Source: Negativicutes bacterium
GTDB lineage: Bacteria > Bacillota > Negativicutes > UBA1444
Assembly: GCA_963665275.2 (NCBI GenBank)
Contig: CAXXIN010000005.1
Span: 64,001 to 128,000, forward strand
Direction of reading: 5' to 3'
DNA: 64,000 bases
The notes beneath the pieces are model-generated. The model was not told the origin of the DNA. It was given only the letters and a program-made list of their open reading frames with translations, and searched no databases. This document shows, piece by piece, positions 9,651 through 18,374 of the stretch (positions within the stretch are counted from its first letter, which is position 1; each line of letters starts with the position of its first letter). The position numbers were made by a program, and so were the translations under genes.

Positions 9651-10612
9651 GTAGCTACAAAGGATCCCGGGAAGCTTTCGCGGCAGCGATGATGCAGCTG
9701 GCAGAGGAAGATCCCTGCTACGTAACGATTTCTCCCGATTCGATGAAAGCCATGCGCATGGTCGATTTTGCGGAGAAATATCCGAAGAAATTCTTTGAAG
9801 TCGGCATCGCTGAGCAGAATGCAGTAGGTTGCGCAGCAGGTATGGCCGCTTGCGGTCTAGTGCCTTTTGTAGCAACGTATTCCGGGTTTATTACCATGCG
9901 GGCCTGCGAGCAGGTGCGAACCTTCGTGGCGTATCCGCAGCTCAACGTGAAACTGGTCGGCGCCAACGGCGGCATCTTCGGCGGCGAGCGCGAAGGGGTC
10001 ACTCATCAGTTCTTTGAAGATCTCGGCATTTTGCGTTGCATTCCGGAAATGACCATCGTTGTTCCGTCGGATGCCTCGCAGGTGTTTGCCGCAACCCTTG
10101 CGATCGCCCGAAAACCGGGACCGGCATTTATGCGCATCGCCAGTGGACGCGAACACGTGATTTTTAACAAAGAAATTCCGGTATTTGAACTGGGCAAGGC
10201 GCGAAAGCTTGTTGAATACGGCGACGATGTAGCGTTGATGACTTGCGGTTTTATCTTGAGCCGGGTGCTGGAAGCGGCTGAAGTATTGAAGGAGCAGGGT
10301 ATCAAGGCGACGGTGCTGGAAGTTCACACGTTGAAACCGCTCGACGTAGCGGCGATTGCGGCTGTTGCGACTGCTACCGGTGCGGTGGTAACTGTGGAAG
10401 ACCATAACGTGATCGGCGGGCTGGGGAGCGCGGTGGCGGAAGTCATTGCTGAACAAGCTCCGGCTTCTTTGGTCAGAATCGGTTTGCAGGATGTGTTCCC
10501 CGAATCGGGACCGGCTGAAGCTTTACTGGATTACTACAACATGGGTGTGGATGACATCGTCAAAGCCGCGAAAACCGCGATGGCGAAACGGGATCATCGA
10601 CGGGTCGGTTGA
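9647..10612 (+). CDS. transketolase, C-terminal subunit
   Basis: EVGIAEQN, RACEQVR, GVTHQ, TVEDHNVIGGLGSAV. Confidence 0.93.
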   Translation: MSSYKGSREAFAAAMMQLAEEDPCYVTISPDSMKAMRMVDFAEKYPKKFFEVGIAEQNAVGCAAGMAACGLVPFVATYSGFITMRACEQVRTFVAYPQLNVKLVGANGGIFGGEREGVTHQFFEDLGILRCIPEMTIVVPSDASQVFAATLAIARKPGPAFMRIASGREHVIFNKEIPVFELGKARKLVEYGDDVALMTCGFILSRVLEAAEVLKEQGIKATVLEVHTLKPLDVAAIAAVATATGAVVTVEDHNVIGGLGSAVAEVIAEQAPASLVRIGLQDVFPESGPAEALLDYYNMGVDDIVKAAKTAMAKRDHRRVG

Positions 10613-10637
10613 CAACAAGCGAATAGGCGGCTATATT
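10609..10637 (+). promoter_or_regulatory. sigmaA-type promoter for tyrS
   Basis: TTGACA-N17-TATATT overlapping the transketolase stop codon. Confidence 0.55.
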
Positions 10638-10655
10638 TAGAGTGCAAGCTGCATA

Positions 10656-10699
10656 GGGGTAAAGCCCGTCCCTCAAGTGGGATGGGTTTCCCTTTTTTT
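10656..10699 (+). terminator. intrinsic terminator/attenuator upstream of tyrS
   Basis: AAAGCCCGTCCC-tcaagt-GGGATGGGTTT stem followed by a T7 tract. Confidence 0.7.
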
Positions 10700-10739
10700 G
10701 CGCAGTCGGCAGCCTGAATATAGAGGAGGGTTTTCCATA

Positions 10740-11957
10740 ATGTCTGTACTGGATACACTGATCGAACGCGGCTTTGTCCATCAAATGACCCATGAAGATG
10801 AAATCACTGAACTGCTGGATAAAGAAAAAATTACGTTTTATATCGGCTTCGATCCGACGGCGGATAGTCTGCATGTCGGTCATTTTCTGGGGATGATGGT
10901 CATGGCTCATATGCAACGTGCCGGACATCGTCCTATTTGCCTGATCGGCGGGGGAACCGCCATGATCGGCGATCCTTCCGGCAAGACCGATATGCGCAAG
11001 ATGATGACGCCGGAAATCATTCAACATAATGGGGACTGTTTCAAAGAACAAATGCGTCGGTTCATCGATTTTTCCGAAGATAAGGCGCTGATGCTAAATA
11101 ACGCGGACTGGCTGTTGCAGCTCAACTATGTGGAATTGCTGCGCAGCGTCGGCGCAGGCTTCTCAGTGAACCGAATGCTGACGGCTGACTGCTATAAGCA
11201 GCGTCTGGAGCACGGACTGACTTTTCTTGAATTCAACTATATGGTCATGCAAGCCTATGACTTTTTGGAACTGTACCGGCTCACCGGTTGCGTCATGCAG
11301 ATGGGCGGCGCCGATCAGTGGTCGAATATTCTGGCCGGGGCCGATCTGATTCGCCGCAAAGAAGGCAAGCCTGCGTTCGGCTTGACGTTTACGTTGCTAA
11401 CGACGAGTGATGGCCGTAAAATGGGAAAAACCGAAAAAGGCGCCCTGTGGTTGGATCCCGAAAAAACTTCGCCTTATGATTTTTATCAATATTGGCGGAA
11501 TGTTGACGATGCGGATGTTGCGAAATGTCTGGCATTGCTGACGTTCCTGCCAATGGACGAAGTACGTCGGTTGGGTGCATTGAAAGATCAGGAAATCAAT
11601 ACGGCAAAAAAAGTCTTGGCCTATGAAGTGACCCAGTTGGTGCATGGCAAGGAAGAAGCGGACAATGCTCAGCAGGCGGCGGAAGCCCTTTTCGGCGGCA
11701 CGGGCGCTTTGGACAACGCGCCGACGGTGACGATTTCCCGGGAAATGATCGGGACCAAGCTGGTTGATGTTTTGACCGCGACGGGAGTATTCACTTCCAA
11801 AGGTGAAGGGCGGCGACTGATCCAGGGCGGCGGACTGTATGTAGGAGATGCGAAAGTGTCGGATCCCGACTTTCTGTTGACGGATGATCTGTTTGATGGC
11901 GCCGGTTTATTGATCCGTAAAGGAAAGAAGAGCTACCACCGGATTGTGATTGGATAA
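10740..11957 (+). CDS. tyrS: tyrosine--tRNA ligase
   Basis: [29 protein letters not shown]-terminal S4 domain; RBS GAGGAGG. Confidence 0.97.
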   Translation: MSVLDTLIERGFVHQMTHEDEITELLDKEKITFYIGFDPTADSLHVGHFLGMMVMAHMQRAGHRPICLIGGGTAMIGDPSGKTDMRKMMTPEIIQHNGDCFKEQMRRFIDFSEDKALMLNNADWLLQLNYVELLRSVGAGFSVNRMLTADCYKQRLEHGLTFLEFNYMVMQAYDFLELYRLTGCVMQMGGADQWSNILAGADLIRRKEGKPAFGLTFTLLTTSDGRKMGKTEKGALWLDPEKTSPYDFYQYWRNVDDADVAKCLALLTFLPMDEVRRLGALKDQEINTAKKVLAYEVTQLVHGKEEADNAQQAAEALFGGTGALDNAPTVTISREMIGTKLVDVLTATGVFTSKGEGRRLIQGGGLYVGDAKVSDPDFLLTDDLFDGAGLLIRKGKKSYHRIVIG

Positions 11958-12028
11958 AACTCAAGGAGTTTCCCCGATGTGATAAACTGATGTCGTAAGG
12001 TACATTGGCGAAATAATGGAGGTTCTGC

Positions 12029-12250
12029 TTGAAAACTGTTAAATCACCGTTGGATGGATTTATCATATCCGTGAATGTATCGGTTGGCGATCAGGTAACA
12101 AAAGGCCAACTGCTCGCGGTTGTGCTTATTTTGAAAATGGAGAACCCTGTACTGAGTGACAGGGACGGGGTCGTCAAAGAGGTTTTTGTCAAAAACAAAA
12201 CCCGGGTTAAGTACGGGCAACCGTTGCTGTGTATCGAAAAAACCGTCTGA
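12029..12250 (+). CDS. stand-alone biotinyl/lipoyl-carrier domain protein
   Basis: SPLDG...VSVGDQVTKGQLL...ILKMEN...GQPL fold signature; RBS GGAGG, TTG start. Confidence 0.75.
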   Translation: MKTVKSPLDGFIISVNVSVGDQVTKGQLLAVVLILKMENPVLSDRDGVVKEVFVKNKTRVKYGQPLLCIEKTV

Positions 12251-12270
12251 TTTTGAGGAGGGACGTACCT

Positions 12271-12702
12271 TTGGAAATGCCTTTTCCGCCGGCTTTGCCG
12301 GAACAACCGCGTTACGCTGGATTTTGGATCCGCCTTCTCGCATATATTCTCGACGCCATTGTTCTCGGCGCCATTACTTATCCGTTGATCCGGGTGCTCT
12401 CGAGCATGGGGATCGGCGACAGCTCCTCCAATATTCTGAGCATCGCAATTAGCTGGATGTACTTTGTGGTATTTGAAAGTTCCGAATGGATGGCCTCGCC
12501 AGGCAAAAAAGTGCTGGGATTGATCGTTACCGATGAACAGGGGAAGAAAATCAGCATTGGCCGCGCAACCCGGCGCTATCTCGCCAAAATAGTTTCGGGA
12601 TTGATCCTGGGTATTGGTTTTATCATGGTCGCCTTTACCGCCCGCAAACAGGGGCTGCATGATAAAATATTCCACACGCTGGTTTTGCGGACGAAATACT
12701 AA
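12271..12702 (+). CDS. RDD family membrane protein
   Basis: YAGFWIRLLAYILD, SPGKKVLGL, KQGLHD. Confidence 0.88.
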   Translation: MEMPFPPALPEQPRYAGFWIRLLAYILDAIVLGAITYPLIRVLSSMGIGDSSSNILSIAISWMYFVVFESSEWMASPGKKVLGLIVTDEQGKKISIGRATRRYLAKIVSGLILGIGFIMVAFTARKQGLHDKIFHTLVLRTKY

Positions 12703-12703
12703 A

Positions 12704-12743
12704 CAGACTTATCCACAAATTTTGTGGATAAGTCTGGGGATAA
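12704..12743. promoter_or_regulatory. DnaA-box cluster in a 16-1-16 palindrome
   Basis: TTATCCACA (12709-12717), TGTGGATAA (12723-12731), one-mismatch TGGGGATAA (12735-12743). Confidence 0.6.
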
Positions 12744-12765
12744 AAAATATTATGGTCCACAATGC

Positions 12766-12811
12766 AAACAGTCCGCATAAGAGCATAAGTTGCTTTCATG
12801 CGGGCTGTTTT
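12766..12811. terminator. hairpin between convergent genes, probable terminator
   Basis: AAACAGTCCGCAT...ATGCGGGCTGTTT inverted repeat. Confidence 0.55.
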
Positions 12812-12840
12812 ATGGTTGGCAATAATTATACGAACTGTCG

Positions 12841-13326
12841 TTACACTCTCTTTTTCAGATATGGGACGAGTCCGCCGTCTGAAACCAGCTCCATGATATG
12901 GGGCGGAATTTTACTGCAGTTGTAGCTTTCATTTTTGGTCAGATTGTTGATCATGCCAGTTCCCAAATCAATTTCGATCTCATCCTGATCACTGATCTTA
13001 TCGGTTTCAGCACATTCAATCACGGGGATCCCCAAATTGATTGCATTACGGTAAAAAATCCGCGCGAAAAACTTAGCTACAATTGCGCCCACACCGAGGT
13101 AGCGCAGAGTAAGAGGAGAGGTTTCACGGCTGGATCCTGAACCGAAATTGATGCCCGCAACCATGATGTCGCCTTTTTTTACTTTAACCGGGAAATCCGG
13201 ATCAACCGCATTCATTGCGTATTTGGCAGCCTCGGGAATGCTCAGTTCCATATACTGGGGCGGCGAAATAATATCGGTATTGATGTTATCGCCAAATTTG
13301 AGGACGCTTCCTTTAATAATGCTCAT
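12841..13326 (-). CDS. LeuD/DmdB-family hydro-lyase small subunit
   Basis: FGDNINTDII, NFGSGSSRE, FARIFYRNAINLG. Confidence 0.92.
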   Translation of the reverse strand: MSIIKGSVLKFGDNINTDIISPPQYMELSIPEAAKYAMNAVDPDFPVKVKKGDIMVAGINFGSGSSRETSPLTLRYLGVGAIVAKFFARIFYRNAINLGIPVIECAETDKISDQDEIEIDLGTGMINNLTKNESYNCSKIPPHIMELVSDGGLVPYLKKRV

Positions 13327-14599
13327 GGCGGCCTCCTGATAAATAATTTCTGGGATCGGCAATCGTGCCGGAAATCGCGCTCGCAGCCACTGTCATCGGC
13401 GAGCCAAGATAAATCTGGGCTTTTTTGCTCCCCATGCGCCCGATGAAATTTCGGTTGGTCGATGAGATGCATACTTCGCCGTCAGCCAGCAATCCCGAGT
13501 GCAAGCCCACGCATACTCCACAGGTCGGCGCCATGATGACGGCGCCTGCTTCGGCGAGCGTGGCCAGAATTCCGTCGCGTGAGGCCTGCATCCAGATATC
13601 CTGCGAAGCGGGCGATACAAGGAACCGAGTGCCGGCTTTGACTTTATGCCCCTTGAGAACTGAGGCGGCGGCGGCGAGGTCGTAGTAACGACCGCCGGTG
13701 CATGAGCCGAGATAGGCCTGGTCTATCTTGACGCTTGCAACGTTTTCCACGGATGTGACATTGTCCACTTCGTGGGGGCAGGATACCATCGGCGACAGTG
13801 CTGCGGCGTCAAACTGGATTGTCTGGCAATATACCGCGTCAGGATCGCTTTCCACCATCGTATAGGGAACGGTGATGCCCCGCTCGGCGAGGTATTCGAT
13901 AACTTTGGCATCCGGTTTCATCAGTCCGGCTTTCGCGCCCATTTCAACGGCCATATTGGTGATTGCCAACCTTTCATCCATTGGTAGCTCGGCAATCGTA
14001 CCGCCCTGGTATTCGACCGTTTTGTAGGTGGCGCCGGCATGTCCAATAGCACCGATGGTCTTCAGCGAAATATCTTTGGCCATGACACCGGGCTTCAAGC
14101 TCCCCTCCCAGATTACGCGGATCGTTTCCGGCACCCGTAGCCAGGTTTTTCCCGTAATCAAAACTCCCAACATTTCGGTTGAGCCGACTCCTGTGGCAAA
14201 AGAGCCCATGGCGCCGCCCATGCACGTATGGGAGTCCGTTCCCAGCACTATCGTTCCGGGCAGCACGTGTCCCTTTTCCACCATGAGTTGGTGGCACGGT
14301 CCGGCGTATTCATAATAGTTGTCGATTCCGTATTTCTTGGACCACTCCCTGGTAAATTTGACAATCTCCGCCTGATTCACTGAAGAAGGCGGTGTGTAGT
14401 GGTCAGAGATAACGACGACTTTTGACGCATCCCAAATTTCATCCTTGATTTCTTTCATTCGGTCTGCGATTTCCACGCGCGGTCCGAGGATGTCGTCCAT
14501 CATGGCTTTGTCGATGTTAACCCAAAGAATGTCGCCGGCCTGTGCTTCTGCAACCCCTGCGCCCATAGCCAGAATCTTTTCCGACATTGTTTTGCCCAT
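13313..14599 (-). CDS. LeuC/HacA/DmdA-family aconitase-type hydro-lyase large subunit
   Basis: DHYTP, GTDSHTC, GSCTGGR, CGVCVG [4Fe-4S] ligands, SSTNRNFIGRMG. Confidence 0.93.
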   Translation of the reverse strand: MGKTMSEKILAMGAGVAEAQAGDILWVNIDKAMMDDILGPRVEIADRMKEIKDEIWDASKVVVISDHYTPPSSVNQAEIVKFTREWSKKYGIDNYYEYAGPCHQLMVEKGHVLPGTIVLGTDSHTCMGGAMGSFATGVGSTEMLGVLITGKTWLRVPETIRVIWEGSLKPGVMAKDISLKTIGAIGHAGATYKTVEYQGGTIAELPMDERLAITNMAVEMGAKAGLMKPDAKVIEYLAERGITVPYTMVESDPDAVYCQTIQFDAAALSPMVSCPHEVDNVTSVENVASVKIDQAYLGSCTGGRYYDLAAAASVLKGHKVKAGTRFLVSPASQDIWMQASRDGILATLAEAGAVIMAPTCGVCVGLHSGLLADGEVCISSTNRNFIGRMGSKKAQIYLGSPMTVAASAISGTIADPRNYLSGGRHEHY

Positions 14600-14623
14600 T
14601 TGATGACCTCCTTCCAAAATTTA

Positions 14624-15883
14624 TTATATTCCCCAGATTCGATACAAACCAAGACCGGCCAAAGCGGAGACGATCGCTACGCCGCAGGCGGCCACAATGA
14701 ACATCTGGATGAACATCTTGTTTTGCTGTTCAGGGGTGATATGAGCATTGGCGGCATACGCAGCCATAGCCAGAGCGCCGCCGGTCGAAGCGGGACTGGT
14801 GCCTGCAGTGTGCGCCGACATGGTAATGGCGGAAACCAGATCCAAAGAGGATACATTGCCGCCAACCGCCGTCATTAATGAAGACACGGTTGGAATCAAC
14901 GTCGGCATGACAACGCCGGACGTGCTGGAAAACCAGGACATGATGCCGGCCGTCAGGCCGATGATGAACGAAGCTGTATTTTCGGTCATCAATGTGGAGA
15001 GGAATTTGGCCAACAGTTCGATGCCCTTGAGCTTGATAGCGAGGTTCATCAGAACGCCTACGCCGCAAACCAGCACAAGCGTTCCCCAGGGAATTGTCGA
15101 GATGGATTTCCGTTCATCCGCCACTTTGAGCAGCAATAGAACCACGCCCACCAAAAATGCGATGAGGCCGACATTGGCTTTGGTTACTAAGACAATCAGC
15201 ACCATTGAGATAACGCCGATCATGGTGATGAACTGCTTTTTGTTAAAAGGAGGAAGGTCTGCCTGGGTGAGGACTTTTTTCGTTTTCAGTTTGTGACCGC
15301 CCAGAGCAAAGTAAAGGATGGTGGCCCAGATTGTTTCAGCCATCAAAGAATTATAAAAGTATGGCATATCGATGCCTTTGATTCCCTGTGCTGCTGACAA
15401 GGTGATTCCGATAATGCCGGTAGGGGCTATGGGCGAAATTCCGCCGGCGGCTGAACCCAATACCACAATGGGGGCAAGCAATACAGGTGAAATGCCGGTT
15501 TCTGCAGCTAATGCCATTGCAATCGGCATCGTCAGCGCCATGACAGGAATCGTACCGGGGCCAATGGCGGCTAAAAAGGCGGTCATAAAGTATACGGCGA
15601 CGGGGATCATTTTGGCTTGTTTCCCTGACAATGCCACAACTTTTCGGGCGAAGAGTTCCAGAGTTCCGTTGGTCTGTGCAATGCTGAACAAGAACATGAC
15701 GCCGAACAGCATCATGAACAGGCCGGTGCTCCAACCGGCGATCACGTTGGCTTCGCTAAATCCTGCCAGAGGGCCGAGTACAACGGCAAACGCGATACAG
15801 AGAAGGCCGACGTTGAGTTTCTGAAAAAAACCAAGACCGATGGCGACTACCAAGAGTATTAATGAAATAATTCCCCAGTTCAT
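14624..15883 (-). CDS. SLC13/MatC-like dicarboxylate carrier
   Basis: About 12 TM segments, LNVGLL, AQTNGTLE, SPIAPTG, SSTSGVVMPT, SPASTGGAL. Confidence 0.78.
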   Translation of the reverse strand: MNWGIISLILLVVAIGLGFFQKLNVGLLCIAFAVVLGPLAGFSEANVIAGWSTGLFMMLFGVMFLFSIAQTNGTLELFARKVVALSGKQAKMIPVAVYFMTAFLAAIGPGTIPVMALTMPIAMALAAETGISPVLLAPIVVLGSAAGGISPIAPTGIIGITLSAAQGIKGIDMPYFYNSLMAETIWATILYFALGGHKLKTKKVLTQADLPPFNKKQFITMIGVISMVLIVLVTKANVGLIAFLVGVVLLLLKVADERKSISTIPWGTLVLVCGVGVLMNLAIKLKGIELLAKFLSTLMTENTASFIIGLTAGIMSWFSSTSGVVMPTLIPTVSSLMTAVGGNVSSLDLVSAITMSAHTAGTSPASTGGALAMAAYAANAHITPEQQNKMFIQMFIVAACGVAIVSALAGLGLYRIWGI

Positions 15884-16034
15884 ATGTTGCTCAGTCCTTT
15901 CGTGTTTTGTTAACAGAGAAAAGTGCTAAAAATTGGTGGAAACTAAACTGGCGCCGCCCGAAAACGTCGCCAGTTTAAATGGAGACTGTATGAGAAATTC
16001 ATTTTCTGGTTTGATTTTAGTTAGATCACGTAAG

Positions 16035-17447
16035 TTACCAGAGGCCAAGAACCTTCCACCAGAGTCCGCCGACGCCAATCCAGATTACCATGTTGACGAC
16101 GGAGGCGCCAAATCCAAGCTTCCACCAGGTGCCCTGATCCACATAACCCGCTCCGAAATATATCGGAGCTGTACCTGTGGAATAATGGGTCAGGCCGCCG
16201 CAAAGATTGGATAGAAAAGCCAGTGATAGGGCTGCGAGAAAGGTCGGAGCGCCGGCGGCCACAGCAACGGCAACAAATGCCGGATACATTGCGGTAACGT
16301 GTGCGGTCAGACTGGCAAACCCATAGTGTGCATACATGTAGACGACGAGTAGGATGGTCAGTGCCGGTATCCAAGATATGCCGCCTAAGCTGGCGGCAAC
16401 CGTTTTGGCGAACCAGGGGATGAATCCAAGGGTGTTCAGGAAACCGGCCATGCCGACCAACCCGCCCATCCAAATCAAGGTATCCCAAGGCCCTTTGTCA
16501 TCGAGGATATCTTTCCAGGTTAGTACATCTGTTATCAACATGACGCAAACGGCCATCAAAGCCACAAGCGTTGCGTTCAACTTGGTGAAGCTGGCGGTGG
16601 CCCAGAGAACTAGCGCCCCGATAAACAGCGCCAATACGATTTTTTCATCCCGGGACATCGGGCCGCGTTTTTCCAGTTCCCGCGTTGCAAGCTCCTTGGC
16701 TTCAGGGGTGTGCTTCAGTTCGGGAGGGAATACCTTGTAAAGGAAATAAGGCATGACGATCAATGCCACGATTCCGGGGACGGATGCAGCCAAGGCCCAG
16801 AGCCCCCAACTGATGTCGATTTTCAGTACTTGCTTGGCCAGTACTGCTACCAAAGGGTTGGCGGCCATGGCGGTCATAAACATGGCTGACGTGATACAGT
16901 TGCATTGGAATTGCGTAACCATCAGATAAGAACCGATACGACGTGCGGAGGATCCGCCAGGCTCTGATTCAAAAGCGGAACTCAGACTTCGGACGATAGG
17001 ATATAACACGCCGCCGCCGCGGGCCGTGTTGGAAGGAGTCGCTGGAGCCAGGATCAAGTCGCTGAGGCATAAGACATAACCGAGTTTTAACGTGCTATCG
17101 CCGATGGCACGCATCAGGAGATAGGCGATCCGGCTGCCGAGACCTGTTTTGATAAAGCTGCGTGCAAACAGGAAGGCGCAGACGATCAACCAGATGGTGA
17201 CGTCGGAAAAACCGGATAAAGCTTGCGGCACTGTCAACGTATTTGTCAGCGCGCAGACGGTGATGCCGATCAGGGCCATGGCGCCCATCGGAAGCGGGTT
17301 CAAGATGATGCCGATGATGGTGGCGACAAAGATTGCCAACAAGTGCCAGGCTTGCGGTTTCAGCCCGGCAGGAACAGGCAGAAACCAGATAATGGCGCCG
17401 AGTACGGTTACCAGGAGGAAGGATTTCCATTTGCCCATCCGAGTCAC
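16035..17447 (-). CDS. DASS family anion permease (CitT/2-oxoglutarate-malate translocator type)
   Basis: TPSNTARGGG, FMTAMAANP, FASLTAHV, THYSTGTAP. Confidence 0.93.
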   Translation of the reverse strand: MTRMGKWKSFLLVTVLGAIIWFLPVPAGLKPQAWHLLAIFVATIIGIILNPLPMGAMALIGITVCALTNTLTVPQALSGFSDVTIWLIVCAFLFARSFIKTGLGSRIAYLLMRAIGDSTLKLGYVLCLSDLILAPATPSNTARGGGVLYPIVRSLSSAFESEPGGSSARRIGSYLMVTQFQCNCITSAMFMTAMAANPLVAVLAKQVLKIDISWGLWALAASVPGIVALIVMPYFLYKVFPPELKHTPEAKELATRELEKRGPMSRDEKIVLALFIGALVLWATASFTKLNATLVALMAVCVMLITDVLTWKDILDDKGPWDTLIWMGGLVGMAGFLNTLGFIPWFAKTVAASLGGISWIPALTILLVVYMYAHYGFASLTAHVTAMYPAFVAVAVAAGAPTFLAALSLAFLSNLCGGLTHYSTGTAPIYFGAGYVDQGTWWKLGFGASVVNMVIWIGVGGLWWKVLGLW

Positions 17448-17458
17448 TCCTTATTGTT

Positions 17459-18373
17459 TTAATTTAAGCAGTCGTAAAGTTTGGCCTTGGCGAGGTGGCT
17501 GTTTACGGGTGCGTCTACTTTTTCAGCAACCAAGCTGACCACGTCAATCAGTTTCTCCCGTGATACGCCGGTAGCAATGTTCATGTCCCTTAGCATATTG
17601 ACCATATCTTCGGTGGCGGTGTTGCCGGCGGCGCCAGGTGCAAACGGACAGCCGCCCAGTCCGGCGATGGATGTTTCGAATGTTGTGATTCCGGCCATCA
17701 GTCCGGCAAGGGTGTTGGACAAGCCCATGCCGCGCGTATCGTGAAGATGGAGAGAAAAATCAACATCCGGAAATTGTTGGCGCATGTACGCGGACAGTGC
17801 GTGGACCCGATCCGGCGTTGCTACGCCGATCGTATCGGCGAGGACGATTTTTCGAACACCAAGTTGATGGATTTTGGCTGCCAAGGCGCCGACCGCTTCC
17901 GGTTGAATCCACCCTTCGAACGGACAGGCAAAAGCTGTGGCTAGGTCTACCCGCACCGACATTTCCGGCAGCGATTCGAGCATTTTTGCCAGATCGGCAA
18001 TGGATTCATCATGGGTGCGGTTGATGTTGGCCCGGTTGTGGGAGGCGGATACGGAGATAACACAGGCTACCTCCCGGATTCCGGCTTCCCATGCGGACTG
18101 CGCCCCCCTGAGGTTGGGAACGAGAGCGCTGCCGTTGATTTGGTTGCCATACTTGGCAAGGATCGTGCGGCAAACCTCTGCAGCATCGGCAAGCTGTGGA
18201 ATCGCTTTGGGCGAGACAAAGGAGGTGAGTTCGAAATTTTTGATTCCTGCAGCAATCAGGGCTTCAATCATAGCAATTTTATCGGTGGTAGGAATGAAGG
18301 TTTTCACGTTCTGGAACCCATCCCGAGGTCCCACTTCGTTTATTGTTACGTTGGACGGCAAATGTTTGAACAC
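17459..18373 (-). CDS. HMG-CoA lyase family acyl-CoA lyase (possible (R)-citramalyl-CoA lyase)
   Basis: EVGPRDGFQN, LADTIG, HLHDTRG, GLGGCPFAPGAAGNTATED. Confidence 0.92.
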   Translation of the reverse strand: MFKHLPSNVTINEVGPRDGFQNVKTFIPTTDKIAMIEALIAAGIKNFELTSFVSPKAIPQLADAAEVCRTILAKYGNQINGSALVPNLRGAQSAWEAGIREVACVISVSASHNRANINRTHDESIADLAKMLESLPEMSVRVDLATAFACPFEGWIQPEAVGALAAKIHQLGVRKIVLADTIGVATPDRVHALSAYMRQQFPDVDFSLHLHDTRGMGLSNTLAGLMAGITTFETSIAGLGGCPFAPGAAGNTATEDMVNMLRDMNIATGVSREKLIDVVSLVAEKVDAPVNSHLAKAKLYDCLN

Positions 18374-18374
18374 C

